64,000 bases of DNA, from positions 26,842 to 90,841 of the forward strand of contig CALLJK010000002.1 in the NCBI GenBank assembly GCA_938091745.1. Direction: 5' to 3'. Below, piece by piece: positions 28,578-36,720 of the stretch (position 1 is the first letter of the stretch; the number at the start of each line of letters is the position of its first letter). Position numbers and translations under genes: made by a program. The DNA comes from Candidatus Bipolaricaulota bacterium. Its GTDB lineage: Bacteria; Bipolaricaulota; Bipolaricaulia; RBG-16-55-9; DRXL01. The notes under the pieces were generated by a model. It did no database searches. It was not told where the DNA came from and saw nothing but the letters and a program-made list of their open reading frames with translations.

Positions 28578-29438
28578 ATGCGCTCTGTATCGCTTGCCCC
28601 TGGACTGGAGTTGATAGACCTCGCACTCTTCTTGCCTAGGATGAGAGCGCTTGCTATCGCTGACATTCACTTGGGGATTGAAGACGCTCTCAAAGACGAG
28701 GGCGTTCTCGTGCCCAGACAGCATCTTGCCCAAGTGCAGCAGAGATTGGAGCGCATCTTCAAGGAGCTTGCTGTCACGCCCTCGGAGCCGTTACAAAAAA
28801 TAATAATTAATGGCGACCTGCGCCATCAGTTTGGCCCGCTCTCGCGCGTCGAACATAAAGAATCCAAAGAATTCTTGCGCTGGCTTGCTAACTGGACAGA
28901 GCAGATCGTGCTGGTTGAGGGCAATCACGACGGCTCGCTGAAACACTTTGCTAACGAACGCATCACGGTGACGAAACGCTATAGCGAAGGGGACTGCTGG
29001 TTCGTGCATGGGGATGAGGCCCTCACCCCCAGGCTTCGCCTGGACCGTCCATCTTCGCCAGCCTCTGGCTGGCGAAGGCAAAGCCCATGCGCAGCGTGCC
29101 CCAAGGGCGGGGTGAGGGCCTGGCTCGTCATCGGCCATGAGCACCCTGCTGTAGGCTTGCGCGATCCCGTCACCGGGCGCACAGAAGTTTATAAGTGCTT
29201 TCTCGTCGGAACTTTTCGAGAGTACGATCTCTTAGTCTTGCCGTCGTTCAATCAGCTCGTGCGGGGAAGCGATCTGCTCAGAGAGCAGCCCCTCTCACCG
29301 TTTGTGCAGCAGAGCGAACTCGAAGAGTTTTCAGTCTACGTTGTCTCCGATGACGGCTCTCTCTACGAATTTGGCCCTCTACGCCGATTGTTCCATTCCT
29401 CCTCCCTCTCCCCTGTGAGGGAGAGGGGCAGGGGGTGA
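28578..29438 (+). CDS. Calcineurin-like metallophosphoesterase carrying an in-frame palindromic-element insertion
   Basis: DIHLG, GDLRH, GNHD and VHGD motifs. Start taken as the Met at MRSVSL (28578), before the DIHLG motif; the ORF track starts at 28515 inside glnS. Residues encoded by the element are LTPRLRLDRPSSPASGWRRQSPCAACPKGGVRA. Confidence 0.75.
   Translation: MRSVSLAPGLELIDLALFLPRMRALAIADIHLGIEDALKDEGVLVPRQHLAQVQQRLERIFKELAVTPSEPLQKIIINGDLRHQFGPLSRVEHKESKEFLRWLANWTEQIVLVEGNHDGSLKHFANERITVTKRYSEGDCWFVHGDEALTPRLRLDRPSSPASGWRRQSPCAACPKGGVRAWLVIGHEHPAVGLRDPVTGRTEVYKCFLVGTFREYDLLVLPSFNQLVRGSDLLREQPLSPFVQQSELEEFSVYVVSDDGSLYEFGPLRRLFHSSSLSPVRERGRG
29018..29120. repeat. Family-1 palindromic element (12-bp TIR GGCCCTCACCCC/GGGGTGAGGGCC, internal 11-bp hairpin CTTCGCCAGCC/GGCTGGCGAAG) inserted inside the metallophosphoesterase CDS without breaking the frame
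   Basis: ~90% identical to the intergenic copy at 40600-40703. Confidence 0.8.
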
Positions 29439-29444
29439 GGGAGC
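29401..29444. repeat. Short G-tract palindromic element (CCCTCTCCC-CTGTGA-GGGAGAGGG followed by GCAGGGGGTGAGGGAGC) forming the 3' end of the phosphoesterase gene and the SD of folC
   Basis: Hairpin read directly. GAGGGAG sits 6 nt before folC ATG 29445. Confidence 0.6.
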
Positions 29445-30722
29445 ATGACCTACGAAGCGATGCTCCAGAAGCTTTATAATCTGAAGGGCACCGGGCTTGA
29501 TTTAGAACGCATTTTAGGTCTATTAGGGAACCCGCACAAAAGCTTTCGCGCGATTCGCGTCGCCGGCACCAACGGCAAGGGCTCGGTCTGCGCGTTTTTA
29601 GCGCAGATCTTGCAAGAAGCGGGCTTTCGCGTCGGGCTGTTCACCTCGCCCCATCTTGTCTATCCCGAAGAGCGCATATGCGTCAATGGGCGTGAGATCT
29701 CGCACGAGGAGTTTCACGCCCAGTTTGAGCGCATCTGGGCCGTGATCGAAGAGCTGTACGGAGACAGAAGCGAAGAGCACGCGCGGTTCTTTGAAGTGTT
29801 GACGCTCATGGCGCTCGATTACTTTCGCCAGCAAAAAGTAGACTGGGCGGTGATTGAGTGTGGTGTGGGCGCGCGCACTGACGCTACACGAGCCATTTCA
29901 GCGCCCGTCGCTGTCCTGACGAACGTAGAGCTCGACCATCGCGAATCGCTCGGGGAGACGATCGCGCAAATCGCGTATCAGAAAGCTGCTGTCGTCTCCG
30001 AGGGGGGACTGTTGATCACAGCTGAGTCCAAGCCCGAAGCGCTCGCGGAGATTGAACGCGAGTGTCGGCTGAAGAACGCGCGGCTTCTCCAAGTCGATCT
30101 CTCAAGGCTACAAGCGAAATCAAACAGTTGGGAGGGCCAACGCTTCGACTGGCGCGATTGGCGAGACTTAGAAATTTCGCTCTTAGGAAGCTACCAACTG
30201 CAGAATGCCGTCTTGGCTGTAGAAGCTATGGATGCTTTAGGCGAGCACGTTGTTCCTGAGAGCGCGATTCGCGCAGGGCTGCACACAGCGCGCTGGCCTG
30301 GTCGGATGGAGTTGCTCTGCAAAAACCCCTATGTTATGCTAGACGGGGCGAAGAACCCTGCGGGGATGCGGGCGCTGCGCACAGCGCTCTCCCCACTGGA
30401 ATACGAACGCTGTATAGTAGTCTTAGGGATATCTGATCGCAAGGACGCAGCAGCCATGATCCAAGAGATCGTGCCGGCAGCTGATAGAATAATCGTCACG
30501 CGCGCGGCGTTCCGTGGGGTCGATCCAGAATATTTAGCCTCTTTGATTCGGCCCTCTGGTGTGCCGTGTACTGTTATCTCAAGATCAGATAGAGCCATAG
30601 AATTGGCCCTCGCTCAAGCACACCACCGCGATCTCATCTGCGTGACCGGCTCGCTCTTTCTCGTGGGCGAGATCCGAGCCTGGTGGAAAGGACAGGAGCA
30701 TTCTTGTAAGAATTCTCATTGA
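29445..30722 (+). CDS. folC: Bifunctional folylpolyglutamate synthase / dihydrofolate synthase
   Basis: Mur-ligase family. Motifs VAGTNGKGS, and DGAKN/DGAHN-like. Confidence 0.88.
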   Translation: MTYEAMLQKLYNLKGTGLDLERILGLLGNPHKSFRAIRVAGTNGKGSVCAFLAQILQEAGFRVGLFTSPHLVYPEERICVNGREISHEEFHAQFERIWAVIEELYGDRSEEHARFFEVLTLMALDYFRQQKVDWAVIECGVGARTDATRAISAPVAVLTNVELDHRESLGETIAQIAYQKAAVVSEGGLLITAESKPEALAEIERECRLKNARLLQVDLSRLQAKSNSWEGQRFDWRDWRDLEISLLGSYQLQNAVLAVEAMDALGEHVVPESAIRAGLHTARWPGRMELLCKNPYVMLDGAKNPAGMRALRTALSPLEYERCIVVLGISDRKDAAAMIQEIVPAADRIIVTRAAFRGVDPEYLASLIRPSGVPCTVISRSDRAIELALAQAHHRDLICVTGSLFLVGEIRAWWKGQEHSCKNSH

Positions 30723-31071
30723 GAACTTACAGCTCTTTGGTCATCACGGCGTGCACGAGCATGAACGCGCACACGGTCAACTCTTTGCTATTGACGCGGA
30801 GCTTGAATTCGATCTTCCCCCAAAAGACGAGCTTTCGGAGACTGTGGATTACGTTCGAGTGATCGAGCGGATTCGCGCCGTGAACGAATCGAGCTCGTTC
30901 TCTCTAATAGAGAGATTTGCCCAGGCCATCGCCGAGGAGATCTTACGAAATTTTTCTCAGGTGCAGCGCGCACGGGTGCGCGTGCGCAAGCTCCATCCGC
31001 CCTTGCCCTCGGATATCACGGTGGGGGCCGTAGCCGCGGAGGTGACCTGCGATCGCTCACGCTTATATTAG
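30712..31071 (+). CDS. folB: Dihydroneopterin aldolase (start codon non-canonical / uncertain)
   Basis: ILIENLQLFGHHGVHEHERAHGQLF aligns with the FolB N-terminus, including the YGYHGV block. The frame opens at 30646 and has no ATG, GTG or TTG before that conserved N-terminus. The only GTG (30751, ORF-track start) lies within it. Candidate starts are ATT at 30700, 30712 or 30718. Confidence 0.7.
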   Translation: MLIENLQLFGHHGVHEHERAHGQLFAIDAELEFDLPPKDELSETVDYVRVIERIRAVNESSSFSLIERFAQAIAEEILRNFSQVQRARVRVRKLHPPLPSDITVGAVAAEVTCDRSRLY

Positions 31072-31084
31072 CTTAGGCTCCAAC

Positions 31085-31552
31085 GTGGGCCATCGAGAAG
31101 AGCAGATTCAAAGAGCTGTGAGTGCTCTGGCTCACACCCCCTCTATAAAGATCTGTCGGCAAGCAGGGCTCTACGAGACCGAACCCGTGGGCATAGAAGA
31201 TCAGCCATGGTTTCTCAATACCATCGTCGAGATCGAGACTGACCTGACTCCGCGCAAAGTATTAACGGTCTGCAAAGAGATTGAGCGCGCGCTCGGGCGC
31301 CAAGAGCGCCCACGCTACGGTCCGCGCGAGATCGATTTAGATATTCTCCTGTACGATCACTTAATCATAGATGATCCGGATCTGAAGATCCCTCATGCGC
31401 AGCTGCATCAGCGACGCTTCGTGCTGGTGCCGCTGGCAGAGCTTGCGCCGCACTACGTGCATCCTGTGCTCCACAAGACCATCACGGAGCTCCTCCAAGA
31501 GCTGACTGACCCCAAGGAGGTGAGGCCCTACGGTCACGGAGATTCTCATTGA
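31085..31552 (+). CDS. folK: 2-amino-4-hydroxy-6-hydroxymethyldihydropteridine pyrophosphokinase (HPPK)
   Basis: YGPREIDLDILLY and PH..L..R.FVL.PL.E motifs. Confidence 0.88.
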   Translation: MGHREEQIQRAVSALAHTPSIKICRQAGLYETEPVGIEDQPWFLNTIVEIETDLTPRKVLTVCKEIERALGRQERPRYGPREIDLDILLYDHLIIDDPDLKIPHAQLHQRRFVLVPLAELAPHYVHPVLHKTITELLQELTDPKEVRPYGHGDSH

Positions 31553-32744
31553 GACAGTCGCCCCAGCGACGCGCATCGCGCTCCTCGAAGACGGACGTCT
31601 TATGGAGATCCACTATGACAACCCGGAGCGCATCTTGGGCAATATCTATAAGGGGATCGTGCGCGACATCTTGCCGGGGATCAATTCAGCATTTGTCGAC
31701 GTAGGACTCGATGAAAAACTTTTCCTTTCCATGAAAGAGCTCAGCGATACCCTATGGAAGGAGCATCGTGGTCGGAAGGGGCAGAACCCGCAGATCCAAA
31801 AATTACTCAAGAGTGGCCAACAGATCATTTTGCAGGTGAAGCGCGAGGGTATTGGCACAAAGAATCCCCAAGGGACGATGAAGATTAGCCTTCCTGGACG
31901 CTACTGGGTCTTTTTGCCTGTGGATGAGCGCTTGGGGGTCTCACGACGTATCACCGATGAGCATGAGAGCCGACGTCTCAAAAGAATTGCCAAGAAGCTC
32001 AAGCGCGAAGGAGAGGGACTGATTGCGCGTACTGCCGCTGCTGGCGCTTCTGAAGAAGACCTCGAACGAGACTTCAATTATCTTTTAGGGACATGGAAAG
32101 GGATCGAAGAGCAAGCACAGCGCGTGAAGGCCCCAGCGTTGCTCTATCGTGGGCCGGATCTTGTGCGCGCCTTCTTGCGCGATCGGTTAATAGAAGACGT
32201 CAAGCGCGTGGTAGTCGACAGCGAGCGCGTCTATCAAGAGATCAAAGATTTTCTCTCGTACATGCACATGGAAGAGTTCTTGGATCGCATCGAGCTGTAT
32301 CGTGGGAAGCGGCCGCTCTTTGAGGCCCGCGGGGTGGAGAAGCAATTGCGAGAGAGTTTGCAGTCGCGGGTGCGTCTGCCCGGCGGCGGTTCTCTCGTGA
32401 TCGCTGAGACAGAAGCGCTCACGGCCATTGACGTGAACACCGGCAGCGATATCAAGCACAAGGACCAAGAGCAAGCGATTTTGAACACAAACTTAGAAGC
32501 TGCCGTAGAAATCCCACGACAGTTACGATTGCGCAAGCTCAGCGGGATTATTATTGCTGATTTTGTGGACATGAAGCGCCACGATCACGTCGAGAAGGTG
32601 ATTCGGAAGCTCCAAGAAGAGCTGAAGAAGGACCGGGTACCTGCGGACTTTGTGGACATCACGAAGTTAGGGTTGGTGGAGATCACGCGCAAGCGCGAGG
32701 GGGAGAGTTTGCTAGGCATGCTGGAGGAGGAAGAGGAGACTTGA
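31542..32744 (+). CDS. rng: Ribonuclease G / RNase E-family endoribonuclease (start non-canonical / uncertain)
   Basis: S1 domain, DNase-I-like and Zn-link regions. The conserved N-terminus ILIETVAPATRIALLEDGRL precedes the first ATG (31602). The frame opens at 31524. Candidate ATT starts are at 31542 and 31548. Confidence 0.75.
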   Translation: MLIETVAPATRIALLEDGRLMEIHYDNPERILGNIYKGIVRDILPGINSAFVDVGLDEKLFLSMKELSDTLWKEHRGRKGQNPQIQKLLKSGQQIILQVKREGIGTKNPQGTMKISLPGRYWVFLPVDERLGVSRRITDEHESRRLKRIAKKLKREGEGLIARTAAAGASEEDLERDFNYLLGTWKGIEEQAQRVKAPALLYRGPDLVRAFLRDRLIEDVKRVVVDSERVYQEIKDFLSYMHMEEFLDRIELYRGKRPLFEARGVEKQLRESLQSRVRLPGGGSLVIAETEALTAIDVNTGSDIKHKDQEQAILNTNLEAAVEIPRQLRLRKLSGIIIADFVDMKRHDHVEKVIRKLQEELKKDRVPADFVDITKLGLVEITRKREGESLLGMLEEEEET

Positions 32745-32779
32745 AAGTGTCTGTAAAACGCGCTAATATGTCTTCTCGT

Positions 32780-32854
32780 GGGCGCATAGCTCAGCGGGAG
32801 AGCGCCTGCTTCACACGCAGGAGGTCCGAGGTTCAAGTCCTCGTGCGCCCACCA
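32780..32854 (+). tRNA. tRNA-Val (anticodon CAC), CCA encoded
   Basis: Cloverleaf can be read directly. Acceptor GGGCGCA/TGCGCCC. D-arm GCTC-AGCGGGA-GAGC. Anticodon arm CCTGC-TTCACAC-GCAGG. T-arm CGAGG-TTCAAGT-CCTCG. Total 75 nt. Confidence 0.9.
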
Positions 32855-34440
32855 TACGCGTGCTCCTGTGCCGTGCCCGCTGGCAAAAAGAGCGTCACAA
32901 TCAGGGCTAAGATCGCAACAATCAGCCCCACGATGAAAACCCAATGCAACGCTGTCGCTAAGATCTGTTGGAGCACGTCTAAAACAGATGCTGGGAGCTG
33001 CGCCCGTGCCACCGGATTGATCAGCGCGTCGGGGTGACGCAAGAGATCTGTGAGCTGCTCTGCGGAAAGTGAGCTGCCCAGCCCTGAGAGATTACTCGCT
33101 TGGACTTGCATCTGGGCGCTCAACACTGCGCCCATGACCGCTACTCCGACCGCCCCGCCAATCGAGCGAAAGAAGACCGTTCCCGACGTTGCTATCCCTA
33201 ATTGATCGCGAGATACCGAAGTTTGCACAGCAATCAAGAGCGTGACCATCGAAAACCCCATCCCCGCGCCAGCAAGGGCTAAATAGCCCATCACCATGAG
33301 TCGACTGGCTTCAGCGGTCAGAGTCGCCAGCCCAAGAAAGCCCGCAACAAGCAGGCCCACCCCCAGCAGCGCCGTGGGACGGTAGCCAATCTTTAAGATC
33401 ATGCGGCTCCCGACAATAGAAAACCCGACCCAGCAGAGCATAAAAGGTGTGAGCGCCGTACCCGCTTCAGTCGCCGTCGTGCCGATCACCCCTTGCACAA
33501 AGAGCGGGATGAACGAGAGCGACCCAAACATCGCCATGCCGACAAAGAAGCCGTTGGCCGAAGAGACGCTAAAAATTCTGTGTCGAAAGAGCGAGAGCGG
33601 CACAATGGGCTCCTCCGCACGACGCTCAAAAACCAGAAAGAGCGCGAGCAAGAAAGCGCAAACACCCAAAAGCCCCAGCTTCAAGGCCCAGCTCCACCCC
33701 TGCTGCCCTAGAGTCAGCAGCAAGAGAGTCGCCAGAGCCGTGAGCGTGATGGCTCCCGCGTAATCTATAGTGACTTTCTTGCGATGATCGCGCGGCTCGA
33801 CGAGTGCCAGCCCGACCAGAAGAGCCGCTGCAATCCCGAACGGGATATTGATATAAAAAACCCAGCGCCACGAGAGATTGTCTGTGATAAAGCCCCCAAT
33901 GAGCGGGCCGATGATGCTCGCCAGCCCCCAGACGCCGCTGAAGAGCCCTTGCATCCGTGCGCGCTTTTCGAGCGAATAAATCTCTCCGATTATCGTCATG
34001 CCCAAGGGCAGGAGTGCCCCAGCGCCCAAGCCTTGAATCGCTCGGAAGAGCACAAGCTGGCTCATCGAAGCCGCCGCCCCAGAAAGCGCCGATCCAATGA
34101 GAAAGATCGCGATGCCCAATAGTATAAAACGCTTGCGCCCGTAGAGGTCTGACAGCCGCCCCCACAACGGCACAGTCACCGTCGACGTCAGAATATACGC
34201 CGAGAAGACCCAGCTGTAGATGTGCAGCCCTCCTAGGCTGGCGATCACCGTGGGCATGGCTGTCCCGACGACCGTTGCTTCCAAAGCGCCGAGAAAGAGC
34301 CCAAGCATGACACCGAGCGTGACGGTCATACGCTGGGAAGGCGTCAGCGGCACCGGCTCAGTGACGGTGATCTTGGCTGGCTCTGGGAGAGTCTGTGCTC
34401 CTGAAGAAACAGCTTCACTTGGTGATTCAGGCTTGCTCAT
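32833..34440 (-). CDS. MFS transporter, DHA2 (EmrB/QacA) 14-TMS drug:H+ antiporter family
   Basis: Motifs LGGLHIYSWVFSAYILT and the GxLaDrxGrkr-like loop (LSDLYGRKRF). 14 predicted TM helices. Start probably at MSKPESP (34440). The 3' end overlaps the tRNA-Val 3' end on the opposite strand. Confidence 0.8.
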   Translation of the reverse strand: MSKPESPSEAVSSGAQTLPEPAKITVTEPVPLTPSQRMTVTLGVMLGLFLGALEATVVGTAMPTVIASLGGLHIYSWVFSAYILTSTVTVPLWGRLSDLYGRKRFILLGIAIFLIGSALSGAAASMSQLVLFRAIQGLGAGALLPLGMTIIGEIYSLEKRARMQGLFSGVWGLASIIGPLIGGFITDNLSWRWVFYINIPFGIAAALLVGLALVEPRDHRKKVTIDYAGAITLTALATLLLLTLGQQGWSWALKLGLLGVCAFLLALFLVFERRAEEPIVPLSLFRHRIFSVSSANGFFVGMAMFGSLSFIPLFVQGVIGTTATEAGTALTPFMLCWVGFSIVGSRMILKIGYRPTALLGVGLLVAGFLGLATLTAEASRLMVMGYLALAGAGMGFSMVTLLIAVQTSVSRDQLGIATSGTVFFRSIGGAVGVAVMGAVLSAQMQVQASNLSGLGSSLSAEQLTDLLRHPDALINPVARAQLPASVLDVLQQILATALHWVFIVGLIVAILALIVTLFLPAGTAQEHAYGGRTRT

Positions 34441-34475
34441 AAGGAGAGCAAGTATAGCGCAAATCAATAGAACGC

Positions 34476-35357
34476 TCAAGCCCTCGCGCGATTGATTGCT
34501 TCTCTGAGGGCTATCGCGGCCTCGCGGGCAGCTTGTGCAAAGTCTTCGCCGTGGGAGGCAAAAATCACACTCCGTGAAACGTTTATGATCGCGAGTTCTT
34601 TGTAAGAATTCACGCTGTTCTTGATGGCTTGGGCGAGATCGCCTGCTTGCGCACCCACGCCCGGCACTAAGATAGGCATCTCGTCGCCCACGATCCGACG
34701 AACGATTGCTAATTCATCCGGGGCTGTCGCTCCGACGACGACTCCCACGTTCTTGCGCGTGTTCCATTCGCGGGCTTTCTCGGCCACGTACTGGTAGAGA
34801 GGCTTGCCTTCCTCACCCTCACCCCTCGAGCCCCCTCTCCCCTCCGAGGGAGAGGGGAAGGGGTGAGGGGGCAAGCAGTTGAGTTCTTGGAAATCTCGTG
34901 CTCCGGGATTGGAGGTGCGCACCAGAAGAAACGCGCACTTGTCTGAGTACTCTAAAAACGGTGCGACGGAGTCGAAGCCCATCAAGGGATTGACCGTCGC
35001 GGCGTCGAAGCGATAATACTCAAAGAGCGCTTTAGCATAAGCCCGCGCCGTATTTTCGATATCTCCGCGCTTGGCGTCCCCAATGACGGGGATCTCTGTG
35101 GGGATCAGCTCACGCGTTTTATAGAGAATCTCTAGCCCCACCGGGCCGAGCATCTCATAGAATGCGAGATTGGGTTTATACGCGCAGACGAGATCGCTCG
35201 TCGCTTCGATGATCGCCTTGTTAAACTCTAAAACAGCGTGAGCGCCGTGGCGCTCTCGCAGGAACGCTGGAATTTTTGAAAGCTCTGAATCAAGCCCGAT
35301 GCAAAGCCAACTGTTATTCCGGTGCGCAATCGCACACAGCTTGTCAAGAAAGCCCAT
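34476..35357 (-). CDS. pyrF: Orotidine 5'-phosphate decarboxylase (type 2) carrying an in-frame 25-codon palindromic-element insertion
   Basis: LCIGLD, VIGDAKRGDI and RTSNPGA motifs. The inserted segment CLPPHPFPSPSEGRGGSRGEGEEG lies between the RTSNPGARDFQEL and KPLYQYV blocks. Confidence 0.85.
   Translation of the reverse strand: MGFLDKLCAIAHRNNSWLCIGLDSELSKIPAFLRERHGAHAVLEFNKAIIEATSDLVCAYKPNLAFYEMLGPVGLEILYKTRELIPTEIPVIGDAKRGDIENTARAYAKALFEYYRFDAATVNPLMGFDSVAPFLEYSDKCAFLLVRTSNPGARDFQELNCLPPHPFPSPSEGRGGSRGEGEEGKPLYQYVAEKAREWNTRKNVGVVVGATAPDELAIVRRIVGDEMPILVPGVGAQAGDLAQAIKNSVNSYKELAIINVSRSVIFASHGEDFAQAAREAAIALREAINRARA
34802..34876. repeat. 75-nt nested palindromic element (TIR GCTTGCC/GGCAAGC, outer CTCACCCCT/AAGGGGTGAGG arms, inner CCCTCTCCC-CTCCGA-GGGAGAGGG hairpin) inside pyrF. 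It contains a G-quadruplex-type G-run array.
   Basis: Read directly. The segment CCTCCGAGGGAGAGGGGAAGGGGTGAGGGGGCAAG recurs identically at 63350-63386. Confidence 0.8.
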
Positions 35358-35409
35358 CAGGCGATAGTATAACTTGTCACTGGGAACTTTTCACTTTAAA
35401 CTGTTTTGT

Positions 35410-36720
35410 ATGCGTGTCGTTATTGTTGGGGCGGGAGAGGTGGGCCGGAGCATCGCTGCAGCGCTCCAGACCGATCACGACGTCGTCGTCATCGAGAAAG
35501 ACCCGGATCGGCTTCAGCTTCTCCAAGAGCTTGATGTGCTTGGGGTGCTGGGTAACGGCGCAAGCTTGAAGACCCTCAAAGACGCCGGAGCTGAGAGAGC
35601 TGACTTAGCCATCGCCAGCACCGATATCGACGAAGTGAACATCGTCGCGTGTGCTGCTGCAAAACAACTCGGCGCCCAGATCACGGTCGCTCGCGTGCAA
35701 GATGCCGAATATCTCCAGACATGGAAGCGCGGCTACTTAGGGGTCGACGAGATGGTCTGCAGCGAGTTAATTACTTCCCAAGCGATTGCTGACGTGATCG
35801 GGTTGCGCGGGGTTCGCGCTTCAGACGAGTTTGCTGACGGCAAGATCTTGATGACTGAGACCGTCGTCGAAGAGAACTCTCCTTTGCTGGGGTTGCGCCT
35901 GCGCGAGGCAGCTATCCCCGCCGACTGCAACGTTGCGAGCATTATCCGCGAGAACGCTGTGATCATCCCCCGCGGCGAAGATCAAATCCTCGCTCATGAC
36001 CGGCTCGTGCTCATCGGGACCCCAGAAGCTGTTCACGAATTTAACCGACGACTGAGTCTCTATCCCGCCGTCAAAGAGATCTTGATCGTAGGAGGAGGGC
36101 GGATTGGCTTTCGCCTCGCGCAAATCTTGCAGGCTCGCGGGCTCAAACCCAAGCTCATCGAGCCCGATGAGGAACGCAGCCGCTGGCTTGCTGAGAATCT
36201 ACCTAATACTTTGGTCTTCCACGGCGACGGCACAGATATAGAGCTCTTAGAGCGCGAAGGGCTCTCTCGCTGCGACGTCGCCGTCAGCGTCATCGGGGCA
36301 GATGAGCGCAATTTGCTTTGCGGGCTCTTGCTCAAGCGCATGGGTGTTCCACAAGTTATCGTGCGCGTCGAAGACCCCAACTTTATTACGATCTTTGAGC
36401 GTGTGGGCATTGATATTGCGATCAATCCCCGGCGGCTGATCGCAGAGGAGATCATCTCATTCACGCGCGGACGCATCGAGAAATCGCTCTCACTAGAGCA
36501 AGACCGCGCTGAGGTACTCGAGATCAAGGTCTCCCCTGAGAGCCCCTTCATTGGGATTCCGTTGGCACAAGCGCAGATACCAGCAGGGGTACTGATCGGC
36601 GCGATTGTGCGCGGCGAGAGCGTCATCATCCCGCGCGGGACGGATGTTCTTCAGCCAGGGGATCACGCCATCGTCTTCAGTACGAAAGCAGCCGCACAAC
36701 AAATCGAGAAGCTCCTATGA
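35410..36720 (+). CDS. trkA: Trk potassium uptake system NAD-binding component
   Basis: Tandem TrkA-N Rossmann folds (MRVVIVGAGEVG...; ILIVGGGRIG...) and TrkA-C domains. Confidence 0.85.
   Translation: MRVVIVGAGEVGRSIAAALQTDHDVVVIEKDPDRLQLLQELDVLGVLGNGASLKTLKDAGAERADLAIASTDIDEVNIVACAAAKQLGAQITVARVQDAEYLQTWKRGYLGVDEMVCSELITSQAIADVIGLRGVRASDEFADGKILMTETVVEENSPLLGLRLREAAIPADCNVASIIRENAVIIPRGEDQILAHDRLVLIGTPEAVHEFNRRLSLYPAVKEILIVGGGRIGFRLAQILQARGLKPKLIEPDEERSRWLAENLPNTLVFHGDGTDIELLEREGLSRCDVAVSVIGADERNLLCGLLLKRMGVPQVIVRVEDPNFITIFERVGIDIAINPRRLIAEEIISFTRGRIEKSLSLEQDRAEVLEIKVSPESPFIGIPLAQAQIPAGVLIGAIVRGESVIIPRGTDVLQPGDHAIVFSTKAAAQQIEKLL

Noticed and set aside
33626-34165. 179-aa ORF in an alternate minus-strand frame within the MFS transporter gene
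   Set aside because: It shares the strand with the 14-TM MFS ORF but occupies a different frame, and that MFS reading has all the family motifs.
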